Shown here: piece after piece, positions 27,048-36,057 of the stretch
Numbering within the stretch: the stretch's first letter is position 1
Layout: every line of letters starts with the position of its first letter
From: an uncultured Candidatus Saccharibacteria bacterium
GTDB taxonomy: Bacteria; Patescibacteriota; Saccharimonadia; Saccharimonadales; CAZARM01
Length of the DNA stretch: 64,000 nt
Reading direction: 5' to 3'
Assembly: GCA_964487615.1 (NCBI GenBank)
Contig: CAZARM010000004.1
Span: forward strand, 1,818-65,817
The notes under the pieces: generated by a model
Seen by the model: the letters and a program-made list of their open reading frames with translations, nothing else
What the model was told of the DNA's origin: nothing
Databases searched by the model: none
Made by a program: the position numbers and the translations under genes

Positions 27048-28834
27048 AGATGATACAGTTCCGCCGGGTTAGTTGTAATCAGCGGATGCTCTTTATCTGA
27101 AGCCACCACCTTAACTGCCACGTGGTTTTGATCGGCAATAATAAGGGCATCGCCTTTTTCACAGGTTAGCAAAAAGTTTTCTTCATATTCGCTTAGATGA
27201 AACTCACTCACCACCTTCTTAATAGTGGTGGTGTCTTGGCGCATCAGGATTCGCAAGGAACTCTGTGAGGCAATCGCTCTACCGTAGTCTGATTTCAGAA
27301 AGTCATTGGCCTGCTGGGAGATAATGGAGACGCCTAGATAGTATTTTCGGGCTCGGCGAACTAGTCCGGCCACAAAGCGGGCGCTTTCTTCGTGTTCCAG
27401 TAGTAACCAACCCTCATCAATAACTAGTAAGCGTTTTTCTGGCTTGGCTTTCACTTGGTTCTGAACAAAGTTGGAAATAATCATCATCATAATTTGCCGA
27501 ATGGTTTCCGGTAAGTCCTTGATGTCAAAAATCACCAAGCGATTATCAAGCTTAATGTTTGTATGGCTGTTAAACACACCAGATAATGAGCCTGTGATGT
27601 ATTTCTCCAGCCGCTCGCAGAGCTTAAGTTGCTGGAGATCATGTAGCGCGTTATATAAGTCCTCTAGGAGCGGCGTTTCTTTGGTGTTCTTGTAGAGCTT
27701 TAGGATAGCCCTGTCCACAGCGGCCTTCTCACTGGCACCTAAGCCATCACTCATGAGCGAAATTACTTCCATAAGGTCTTGGGTATGCTCAGACAAATCA
27801 GATTTATCATGTACGGTTACTGCCAGATCAAACGGATTAATCTTCTCTTTGGATTTCGCGGACAGTTTTATGTAGGTACCGTTAACAGATTCCGACAGGC
27901 GTTTATATTCCCGCTCTGGATCAATCACAATGACCTTCGTTCCTTGCATCAGTTGGCGCAGTATTTCTACTTTTGTGGCGTAGCTTTTTCCAGAGCCTGA
28001 CTGCGCAAAAACTATTGAGTTTGCATTGTGCAAACTAAAGCGATCAAGGATAACGAGGGAGTTGTTCGATTTATTAACGCCGTAGAGAATGCCAGTCTCT
28101 TGCACGAGTTCCGAGCTCATGAACGGGAATGTCAGCGCCACTGAGGAGCTATCTAGGTTTCTTCGTTGATTCAGAATGTCTTCACCGCGCGGCAATACTG
28201 ATTGCAAGCCTTCAAGTTGTTGATAGCGAGCAACTTTCGTATAGAAAAGCCTGGCAGATAAAGCGGTTTCTAGCAGCTTGGTCGTTTTATCCAGCTCTGC
28301 CAGATTATCTGCTGTTATAGTCACGTAGATAGAGACTTGGAATAGTTTCTCTTGGCCACGCTGGATTTTGTCTCGCAGTTCAGTCGCTGAATCCAGGGGA
28401 TCTGTAACTTCCGGACCGACAATTTTACCCGCCCGCATCATGGCTCGTTTGGTGCTTTCCAGCTCAGTGATTTTACGGTGAAGTTTTGGCAAAGCCTGAG
28501 TAGCATCTACCGAGTTCAAGTGATAGGAAATATCGGCATTGTGGTTGAAGTTAATAAGGCTATTTAACCAACCGCTGGTGGCCACAAACGGGTAGCCGGA
28601 GATAAACAGTGAACGGACGTACTGGCCGTCAATCAGTAAATAGTCTACCTGCTCCTCCAAACCAGCGTAAGAAATTATGTCCATTGGATCTTGCTCACCA
28701 AAAGATAAAGCCAGTTCTTTTGGTCGCTGGTCACGCTGTTTCTTGTAGGCCTTAATGCGATTAACGGGCTTTTTAGCAACGGCAATGGAGCTAAAGAAGG
28801 CCGTTCTTGGCATGTTTAGGCTCGGCCTTTTCAT
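27044..28834 (-). CDS. VirB4-family T4SS ATPase (C-terminal, ATPase-containing part)
   Basis: Walker A FAQSGSGKSY, Walker B RLLVIDEGW, then RRARKYYLGVSIISQQ. Confidence 0.88.
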   Translation of the reverse strand: MKRPSLNMPRTAFFSSIAVAKKPVNRIKAYKKQRDQRPKELALSFGEQDPMDIISYAGLEEQVDYLLIDGQYVRSLFISGYPFVATSGWLNSLINFNHNADISYHLNSVDATQALPKLHRKITELESTKRAMMRAGKIVGPEVTDPLDSATELRDKIQRGQEKLFQVSIYVTITADNLAELDKTTKLLETALSARLFYTKVARYQQLEGLQSVLPRGEDILNQRRNLDSSSVALTFPFMSSELVQETGILYGVNKSNNSLVILDRFSLHNANSIVFAQSGSGKSYATKVEILRQLMQGTKVIVIDPEREYKRLSESVNGTYIKLSAKSKEKINPFDLAVTVHDKSDLSEHTQDLMEVISLMSDGLGASEKAAVDRAILKLYKNTKETPLLEDLYNALHDLQQLKLCERLEKYITGSLSGVFNSHTNIKLDNRLVIFDIKDLPETIRQIMMMIISNFVQNQVKAKPEKRLLVIDEGWLLLEHEESARFVAGLVRRARKYYLGVSIISQQANDFLKSDYGRAIASQSSLRILMRQDTTTIKKVVSEFHLSEYEENFLLTCEKGDALIIADQNHVAVKVVASDKEHPLITTNPAELYHL

Positions 28835-29442
28835 AAGTAACTCTCCGTTAACAACTGCATGGTTTGTGTAGACAATGGCTGACGCTTAGCTTGGGCCGGG
28901 GTGTAAAAGCTATAAAACAGGTCCAGGATTTCTAAGCTGCCTAGCTGGCGGCTCTGCATTCCCAGACGCGCTAAACCTTTGGCAATGATGTCCATGGTCG
29001 TACTTAACTGTTCTTTAACCACATCAAAGTCCTTTTCTCGGTCGTGGTAGGGCACGATTACATAGAAATGTCGGGTCAAGATCTTATTGGTTGATATCAG
29101 GCTTCTAACAAACTCGGTATAGTTTTGGGTTTGATCTTTATATATTTCTTCTGGCTCATCTTTAACCCGCACCTGGAAGTCCGATAAGTACTTATCCATG
29201 TCCATTTCCCGTACACGGACAACAATCTGCAGTGGTGTGGCAAGAGAATTCAAAAAACTTTGATAGGTATCGATTATTGCATCTTGTTCCGCTTCACTCT
29301 TCAGCTCAAAGTTCACCGACGATATTTGCAAAACAGCTCGATAGTTATCTCTCGGCAATACCAGGATTCCATCCTTGACGCCCTCAATGGCTATTTGCAA
29401 TCGGTTAGAGGCTTTCTTTTTTGATTTCAGAGATATAGACAC
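28831..29442 (-). CDS. VirB4 N-terminal-domain-like protein (split from the ATPase ORF)
   Basis: IEGVKDGILVLPRDNYRAVLQISSVNFELKSEAEQDAIIDTYQSFLNSL matches the N-terminal VirB4/TcpF-type pattern. ATGA overlap with the ATPase ORF. 203+596 aa equals a normal VirB4 length. Confidence 0.55.
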   Translation of the reverse strand: MSISLKSKKKASNRLQIAIEGVKDGILVLPRDNYRAVLQISSVNFELKSEAEQDAIIDTYQSFLNSLATPLQIVVRVREMDMDKYLSDFQVRVKDEPEEIYKDQTQNYTEFVRSLISTNKILTRHFYVIVPYHDREKDFDVVKEQLSTTMDIIAKGLARLGMQSRQLGSLEILDLFYSFYTPAQAKRQPLSTQTMQLLTESYL

Positions 29443-29944
29443 GGAGACCTCCTTTCGTCGCTTTTAAATGAAACTTCGCCCTGGGATCGGCCATAGATAG
29501 TTCTAACCGGGCACGTTCGTGGGTTGGAAGTAATGCCCGGTCTGGTTGATCAGGATGCTTTGGTTCTACTAATATCTCAGGTGTGTTCGCCGTTGCAGCT
29601 GCTACTAATGGCTGGCGCAGATATACTTCATTTTTGTTAAACACGTAGAAGCGGGGCCGAGCGTTGTAGCGCATCATGATACCAAGCCACTGCGCTATCA
29701 GTTTGCCTTTGATACGAATCGCTAGCGTTAAACAAATGATCGCTAGTACAGTGCAAACCAGAATTTTAAAAAGAGTGACATTCATCATGGGCGGAAATAA
29801 GGCAAATAAGGCTCCTGAAACAAAGACTGGAATGGTCATAAGCAGAAGTTGGCTAAAGCTCAGATTACCAGCTATTTTGTCTTCTACTGTGGTTACTTGG
29901 GCTGGCACTACCGTCGTTTTCATAGTCTCAAGTCTCCTTTGCAC
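29405..29944 (-). CDS. PrgI/VirB3-like small T4SS membrane protein
   Basis: VEDKIAGNLSFSQLLLMTIPVF followed by two TM spans, positioned directly upstream of VirB4. Confidence 0.5.
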   Translation of the reverse strand: MQRRLETMKTTVVPAQVTTVEDKIAGNLSFSQLLLMTIPVFVSGALFALFPPMMNVTLFKILVCTVLAIICLTLAIRIKGKLIAQWLGIMMRYNARPRFYVFNKNEVYLRQPLVAAATANTPEILVEPKHPDQPDRALLPTHERARLELSMADPRAKFHLKATKGGLRVYISEIKKESL

Positions 29945-31187
29945 TTACATTCTTCGGTCTTGGCATAGCCTTTCTAGAAGTTTTGGTCATATAACTTACC
30001 CCGTGCATGAACTCGCTACCCAAGCGGCGCATGGCCCTCGGGCCAACACTAACGTAAGCCATCTGCTGCATGACACCCTGTGTTTTTAGCAGAGTAACTA
30101 GGGTAGCTACGCCAACTACCGTGCCCATAACCGGGTCAAAAGTTTTATCCGGGTTGGCCTGCAGCATACCGCCGAATATGGATGCGGCCAGCATGAGAAT
30201 TACTACGTGCACGAATAGCACAAAGATAGTCGTAAGGTATGTCTTGGCAGCGGTAACTGAAAAGTCTTTAAAGCCCGGCACCAGCGCCAGCAGAATTAGT
30301 AATGGAGAAAGTATAGCCCCGAGGTAAAGCACCACTAAGCGCATCACGTAGTACACCAGTAAAATGACGGCTAGAATTAAAAACACGACCATGATCATGA
30401 GCGACACAAGACCAAGGGTGCCAGATTGACCGGCGATGGCTGACAGTACGTCCCAGACAGTCGTGTGGCCAAAACTCACTGCCAGGGCATTTATCATGGC
30501 GTTACTTAGACTAATGATGGCGTCTATGGCAAAGATAGATGTGTTGATGAGCAGAAAAGTTGCGGCTAGTTGCGGTATTAAGTGTTTGATCTCAATTTCA
30601 TCAAGTCCTAAGCTTGAGGCGCTCATTACGTGGAAGCCTAGCAACCCAACCACCAACACAAACAAAGCATCTGTAATTCCAACGACCGTTAGCCATAATT
30701 TAAAGACGGCCGAATTCTGAGCCATAAGTGGCGTACCTTTAGTAAAGTAGTCCAAGCCTTTAAGGAATGGTCCGGCAGCCGCCTCAATAATATGCTTAAA
30801 CAGGCCAATAATGGCTTTGATAAGGATGTCTACAATGCCACCGCCATCATTAACCGGCTGGATTGATGTTAGTGACGGCAAGTGTTCAATCCCGGCTGTA
30901 CTTGGGGCGCCGTATGCATGTGTCAAAATACTGGTGAGCGTTCCGGCCGCAATGACAATAACCAAGCCGACAAGAGCATTCTTAAGTACCTTTTTAGCAT
31001 GTTCAAGCTTATCTGGACTACCCTTACTAGTGATGTAAGCAAATCCGGACGTCACCAGAAAAAAGACACAGACCAGGGAGGCAATGCTGATCATGGTGAG
31101 CATGACCGGTGCCACAAAATTGTGCATGGCCATACCGGCCGCAGACGCGTCGGCCACCCGGTTCAGCTGGGTAGCCATTTGAATCAC
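29928..31187 (-). CDS. VirB6-like polytopic T4SS membrane protein with an N-terminal pilin-like module
   Basis: More than 7 hydrophobic spans. Residues about 35-95 (SGFAYITSKGSPDKLEHAKKVLKNALVGLVIVIA) are paralogous to the adjacent pilin. Confidence 0.6.
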   Translation of the reverse strand: MIQMATQLNRVADASAAGMAMHNFVAPVMLTMISIASLVCVFFLVTSGFAYITSKGSPDKLEHAKKVLKNALVGLVIVIAAGTLTSILTHAYGAPSTAGIEHLPSLTSIQPVNDGGGIVDILIKAIIGLFKHIIEAAAGPFLKGLDYFTKGTPLMAQNSAVFKLWLTVVGITDALFVLVVGLLGFHVMSASSLGLDEIEIKHLIPQLAATFLLINTSIFAIDAIISLSNAMINALAVSFGHTTVWDVLSAIAGQSGTLGLVSLMIMVVFLILAVILLVYYVMRLVVLYLGAILSPLLILLALVPGFKDFSVTAAKTYLTTIFVLFVHVVILMLAASIFGGMLQANPDKTFDPVMGTVVGVATLVTLLKTQGVMQQMAYVSVGPRAMRRLGSEFMHGVSYMTKTSRKAMPRPKNVSAKET

Positions 31188-31191
31188 GTGG

Positions 31192-31533
31192 TTATTTCCC
31201 GAACGCGTTAGTTGCCAGTGTGGTAACTATATTACTAAGAACAAAAGCGCCAATAACGATAGCTAAACCAACTCCAGAGTAGATTAGGGTGTGCTTGGCG
31301 CGGTCTAGTCTTTCCGGATTGCCGGTGCTGGTGATGTAGGCAAAACCGCCTACAACAAAAAAACCGGTCGCGATGAGACCGGCTAGTCCAGCTATGACCT
31401 GGATCAGACTTCTAATAAAACTTTCTACGCTGCTAACATCCCCCGTAGCAGCTAAGGCAGTGTGCGTCAGCACAAGTGGTGCCCCCATAGCTACATAAGT
31501 CGCTATTAGTTTGAGTTTAGTGCCTTTGCGCAT
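31192..31533 (-). CDS. T4SS pilin-like protein (VirB2 analogue, CPR-type T4SS_pilin)
   Basis: Signal peptide ending ALA-AT and two TM helices flanking GGFAYITSTGNPERLDRAK. Strong GGAGGG SD. Confidence 0.62.
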   Translation of the reverse strand: MRKGTKLKLIATYVAMGAPLVLTHTALAATGDVSSVESFIRSLIQVIAGLAGLIATGFFVVGGFAYITSTGNPERLDRAKHTLIYSGVGLAIVIGAFVLSNIVTTLATNAFGK

Positions 31534-31556
31534 CCCTTTCCCTCCTTATGGCTACA

Positions 31557-31585
31557 TTTTTAGCATGGAGTTGTTTTGATTGCAA
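31557..31585 (-). promoter_or_regulatory. Candidate T4SS operon promoter TTGCAA-N17-TAAAAA
   Basis: Minus-strand hexamers with a 17-nt spacer, about 25 nt upstream of the pilin SD. Confidence 0.4.
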
Positions 31586-31669
31586 GTATATTTTCTTAGC
31601 ATAAGTGTTATGGGTGGCTCTCTAAAACTGATGTTAGAAAAAACTGTGGATAAGTGAGACAATTTACAT

Positions 31670-34600
31670 ATGAGTGTCGAGAGCCAAACCAAACTGTTAG
31701 ACATAGCGCCAGAACCTATATTTGTAACTGATATTTTACTTCCGCCGCATGTCCACACTTTAGAAAAAGTTGGGAAGAATAAGATATGTCATCTTTTCCA
31801 AGGGCTAGAACTGAAAAAAGTTTCTGTACATCCTACTGCCGTCAAGAAAACTTATGAATTAATGACAGCAGACGGTGTAAGCTTCTATGTTCATTTGAGT
31901 GGGTCACGCAGAAATATCGGCGGACAAGGGACATTACAAGCCCCTGACATAGATGACATCACCACTCTCGACAAAACAATAAAACTACAGTGGATACATT
32001 TTGGGTTTCCAACCGAAAATGATCCAGATATGATAGTTGAGTCATGGAGAAATCAGTTTAAGTTTAAAAACGAGCATCCTGAAACAGGCGTTCTAGGACT
32101 TAGAAAGCCACAAGCAGGAGCTATTCACGCTATAAGCGCTCACTGGTCAGTAAGCAGCGGAACAGGAACCGTAGTGATGCCAACAGGCACGGGCAAAACA
32201 GAAACCATGCTTTCGACCATCATTAATAGTCAGTGCAACAAAACTCTTGTCGTTGTACCTAGTAGAACTCTACGCAAACAGCTTTATGAAAAGTTTCTAG
32301 GACTTGGCAAGTTAAGAGAAATTGGAGTTATAGAAAATGCAGTAAATAATCCTCGTGTTGCGATTATTGAGCATGGCATTAAAACAGCCAAGGAAGCTGG
32401 ACAGCTAAGCAAAAGGGCAAATGTCCTTATTACTACAGCTGCGGCCATGAGTAATGCCCCGGATCAAGTACTAGAAAAGTTAGCAGAAGAGTGTTCCCAT
32501 TTATTTTTTGATGAAGCTCACCATACACCAGCAAGTTCATGGTCAAGGATAAAGCTCGCGTTTTCCAGCAAGCACGTCCTGCAGTTTACTGCAACTCCTT
32601 TCAGGAGAGATACACAGCCAATAGAAGGAAAAATTATCTACAATTACCCTTTGGGGATGGCGCAAAAGGAAGGATATTTTAAGAAGATAAACCTAGTTAA
32701 ATTGCAAGAGTTTGATGATGAAGTTGCTGATCATAAAATCGCAGAGTATGCCATAGCTACACTCATTACTGACCTTGCAAATGACAATCAACATATAATT
32801 ATGGCGCGTTGTAAATCTAAAGAGAGAGCAAAAGAGCTTATAAAAATCTATGAAGAGCTTGCTCCGGAATATAACCCAAAAAGAATCGACTCAGAGCTAT
32901 CTGCCAGTAAATATCGTGACATAGAGTCAGAGTTACGAAACGGAACTACACGAATTATCGTGTGCGTAGATATGCTTGGTGAGGGTTTTGATTTGCCAAA
33001 CTTAAAAATTGCAGCAATTCACGATAGCCATAAAAGCTTAGCCGTAACGCTACAATTTGTCGGTCGATTTACAAGAACGGACCAGCAAGTTGGAGATGCG
33101 ACAATGGTTGTTAATGTCAGCGAGCCGGTAGTGAGCAAAGATTTGGAAGAGCTCTACTCTGAAGATCCCGACTGGAACGAAATACTGAAAGAAAAGAGTG
33201 AGTCCACAATTGAAACCGAAGTTGAATCGCATGAGTTTATCGGTCAATTTAGTGGAGAGTTATCAGAGCACGTTTCACTTTGGAATCTTCGGCCATCTTT
33301 CTCTACCCTGGTATACGATGTGGCAGCTACATCTTGGAAACCAAAGGATTTCATAAAAAGTCTGCCCAAGCATTATAAATATTGGTTTGCCGTCAATGAA
33401 ACGCGTAAGGTCCTGGTCTTTGTTATAAGTAAAGACGACGAGGTTAAGTGGGGAAGATACCGGGACATTTTCAATCACAACTTCGAGTTATGCGTTGTGT
33501 ACTGGGACGAAGAAAAGGGTGCTGTTTATGTAGGGTGCAGCGACTATAGTGCCATAGACATAGGTAAGCTAACGAATTCTATTTTCGGAGACACCATCTC
33601 GGTTAAGAATGGAGCCCAGGTCTTCAATATTTATTCTGGCATTGATAGACCGCTAGCGCGCAATCTTGGGGTCTCGCGGCTTGGAAATATATCTTACACG
33701 ATGCATTTTGGAAGCGATGTAACTACAGGGATGTCTTCCATAGATAGAGCGGAAGGATCACTTAATAATGTGTACGCCTGGGGATACGAAAATGGCAATA
33801 GGTTTGATGGTGGATGCTCAAGCAGAAGTGGAAAGATTTGGTCAGTAGGCGGTGGTCCAATAATCGAATGGATCGCATGGTGCAAAGGCGTTGGTGAAAA
33901 AGTCTTTGATGAAGCTCTGCCAGACAGCGAAATTATTAAAGATTTCCTGAAACCAGTCAGGATTGAAAAAAGATACGAAGCCGTGCCGCTATCAGCTCAG
34001 TGGAGCGAAAATATTCTTAAGTCAAACGAAACTAACGTAACAATAATCATCGGGAATGACGAATATAAACTATTCGAGGTCGATCTAGAGCTAACCAAAC
34101 ACGACAATAGTGGGGACATTGAATTCAAAGTCATCTCTCCCGATAAGGAAGTGAAATTTAAAATTGGTTACTCTCCGAGCGGCGCCACTTATACGAAATT
34201 AGAAGGAGGTGATGTTTTTATTCAAAGAGGCAGAAACAACACCAAGCTCGAAGAGTACGTGCAAAAAGATCCTATTGTAATCTTTTACACTGACGGGTCA
34301 TATACATGGAATAATTTCCATGTACCAACCCCAACACTCAGCAACTATTATGATAAGTCGAAGCTGAATCCTATCGATTGGTCAGGTATAAATAAAAAGC
34401 ACGAATCCATGGGTAAGACTGTTGAACAGAATACTGTGCAATATCGTGCCTTAGAACAAATAATAGATGACTACGAGATTGTGTTTAATGATGATGCTTC
34501 AGGTGAGGCCGCGGACTTGGTGGCTATAAGAAAAGACGATAACAACACTCTTAGGCTAAGGTTGATACACTGTAAGTACACAAAAACAAATGATAAAGGC

Positions 34601-34936
34601 TCGAGAGTTGATGATTTCTACGAATTGTGTGGCCAAGCTCAAAAGTCTATCAGATGGAAGCATAATGGATTTGAATATCTGTATCAGCATATGAAAAAAC
34701 GAGAAATGAAATGGACATCGGAAGGATATACAAGATTTTTGAAGGGAAACATGGGAACACTAAATAAGCTTCGCAAATTTGCTAGATATGCGCCAAAATT
34801 TGAATTTGAGGTTACGTTAGTTCAACCTGGGCTTGATTCTGCCAGAATTAGCGAAGATGTAATTCAACTACTAGGTAGCACAGAAGACTATTTAGTCACG
34901 ACATCTGGTGCAAGTATGGAGGTTATCTGCTCATGA
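31670..34936 (+). CDS. SF2 (DEAH/ResIII-type) helicase with a large uncharacterised middle region and a PD-(D/E)xK-like C-terminal module
   Basis: Motif I MPTGTGKTE, Ia VVVPSRTLRKQ, II FFDEAHH, III FTATP, V VDMLGEGFDLP, VI QFVGRFTR. C-terminus GEAADLVAI-x13-LRLIHCKY. 1088 aa. Confidence 0.8.
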   Translation: MSVESQTKLLDIAPEPIFVTDILLPPHVHTLEKVGKNKICHLFQGLELKKVSVHPTAVKKTYELMTADGVSFYVHLSGSRRNIGGQGTLQAPDIDDITTLDKTIKLQWIHFGFPTENDPDMIVESWRNQFKFKNEHPETGVLGLRKPQAGAIHAISAHWSVSSGTGTVVMPTGTGKTETMLSTIINSQCNKTLVVVPSRTLRKQLYEKFLGLGKLREIGVIENAVNNPRVAIIEHGIKTAKEAGQLSKRANVLITTAAAMSNAPDQVLEKLAEECSHLFFDEAHHTPASSWSRIKLAFSSKHVLQFTATPFRRDTQPIEGKIIYNYPLGMAQKEGYFKKINLVKLQEFDDEVADHKIAEYAIATLITDLANDNQHIIMARCKSKERAKELIKIYEELAPEYNPKRIDSELSASKYRDIESELRNGTTRIIVCVDMLGEGFDLPNLKIAAIHDSHKSLAVTLQFVGRFTRTDQQVGDATMVVNVSEPVVSKDLEELYSEDPDWNEILKEKSESTIETEVESHEFIGQFSGELSEHVSLWNLRPSFSTLVYDVAATSWKPKDFIKSLPKHYKYWFAVNETRKVLVFVISKDDEVKWGRYRDIFNHNFELCVVYWDEEKGAVYVGCSDYSAIDIGKLTNSIFGDTISVKNGAQVFNIYSGIDRPLARNLGVSRLGNISYTMHFGSDVTTGMSSIDRAEGSLNNVYAWGYENGNRFDGGCSSRSGKIWSVGGGPIIEWIAWCKGVGEKVFDEALPDSEIIKDFLKPVRIEKRYEAVPLSAQWSENILKSNETNVTIIIGNDEYKLFEVDLELTKHDNSGDIEFKVISPDKEVKFKIGYSPSGATYTKLEGGDVFIQRGRNNTKLEEYVQKDPIVIFYTDGSYTWNNFHVPTPTLSNYYDKSKLNPIDWSGINKKHESMGKTVEQNTVQYRALEQIIDDYEIVFNDDASGEAADLVAIRKDDNNTLRLRLIHCKYTKTNDKGSRVDDFYELCGQAQKSIRWKHNGFEYLYQHMKKREMKWTSEGYTRFLKGNMGTLNKLRKFARYAPKFEFEVTLVQPGLDSARISEDVIQLLGSTEDYLVTTSGASMEVICS

Positions 34937-35331
34937 ATATTTATCTAGACATTGATGGAGTGCTGCTCATAGACGAAAAGCACGCCGCACCCCACGCTGA
35001 CGAATTTATTGCGCACGTTCTCAAGAAGTATCCCGATAGCACCTACTGGCTGACAACACACAATTGGAAAGGTGAAAACCGCGCCAAAGAAGTTCTTGCA
35101 CCATATTTGAAACCCGAAACAGCAGCCTTGCTAGACAAAATAAAGCTCTCTGAATGGCAAGAGCTTAAAACAGACGCCATAGACTTTGAACAAGATTTTC
35201 TCTGGTTTGATGACGATCTGTGGCCAGATGAACTTAAAGTGCTTGAAAATAATAATGCAACCGGCCGCTTTATAATGGTTAATCTGCAAGACGACCCTGA
35301 TATGCTTCAAAAGCTGATAGAAGTTCTCTAA
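34933..35331 (+). CDS. Minimal cap-less HAD-superfamily phosphatase
   Basis: Motif I YLDIDGVLL, motif II WLTTHN, motif IV LWFDDDLW. ATGA overlap with the helicase stop. Confidence 0.62.
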   Translation: MNIYLDIDGVLLIDEKHAAPHADEFIAHVLKKYPDSTYWLTTHNWKGENRAKEVLAPYLKPETAALLDKIKLSEWQELKTDAIDFEQDFLWFDDDLWPDELKVLENNNATGRFIMVNLQDDPDMLQKLIEVL

Positions 35332-35350
35332 TCCGTTATAATTATGAGTA

Positions 35351-35563
35351 ATGACCAACAAATCAATCAGGGCTATTGCCGCAAAGCTTAAGCAAACCCG
35401 ACAGAAGCAAGGCTTAACGCAATATGATGTCGCAAAGAAGGCTGACCTAAGCACTAATTACTATGCCCGAATTGAGCGTGCTGAAGTATCACCATCTGTA
35501 GAAACCCTAGAGAAACTTGTAAAAGCCCTTAAGATTAAATCTTCAGATATTTTACCCTTTTAA
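35351..35563 (+). CDS. XRE-family helix-turn-helix transcriptional regulator
   Basis: QGLTQYDVAKKADLSTNYYARIERAEVSPSVETLEKLVKAL is a classic HTH_3 pattern. TATAAT ends 8 nt before the ATG. Confidence 0.85.
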   Translation: MTNKSIRAIAAKLKQTRQKQGLTQYDVAKKADLSTNYYARIERAEVSPSVETLEKLVKALKIKSSDILPF

Positions 35564-36057
35564 AAACTCCAATTGTTCATAGCCGTAAAGTGAAGCATCT
35601 GAAGAGCAAGCAACTCAGAGTTTGTCCGGCGCATGATTTCCTTGCTATAGCTCTGCGACAGAATATTCAAGCTGCCTTCCCATAGAACCCGCCTATCAAT
35701 TACTGCTAATTTGCGGTGCCTCATATCATCATAGAAATGGACCTTAACACCAACGCCACGCAACCGTTTAATAGATTGCCATGCCTGTATGCGCAGCTCG
35801 CGCTCATGATGTGCTGGATTGCGAGTGTTTATACGTACTCGGACACCTCGGCGTGCTAATTTTCTAAAGACCGGCAGTAGGCTTTCTGTGCGCTTGCATG
35901 CTATGAAAGGACTTTCAATAATGACTTCCTTTTTAGCCCGTTTCAAATCATGCAAGAACGAACGATAGAAGGTGACTTCAGTATGTAGACTAGATTCAAG
36001 CAAATCAGTACTATTTGCCCTAGAGTACAGAAGATTTCTAAGCATCTTCTTCCTCAA
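35560..36057 (-). CDS. Single-HKD phospholipase D-family nuclease (Nuc-like)
   Basis: Perfect HxK(x)4D(x)6GSxN: HRKLAVIDRRVLWEGSLN. 165 aa, no signal peptide. Its stop overlaps the XRE stop (TTAA). Confidence 0.85.
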   Translation of the reverse strand: MRKKMLRNLLYSRANSTDLLESSLHTEVTFYRSFLHDLKRAKKEVIIESPFIACKRTESLLPVFRKLARRGVRVRINTRNPAHHERELRIQAWQSIKRLRGVGVKVHFYDDMRHRKLAVIDRRVLWEGSLNILSQSYSKEIMRRTNSELLALQMLHFTAMNNWSF

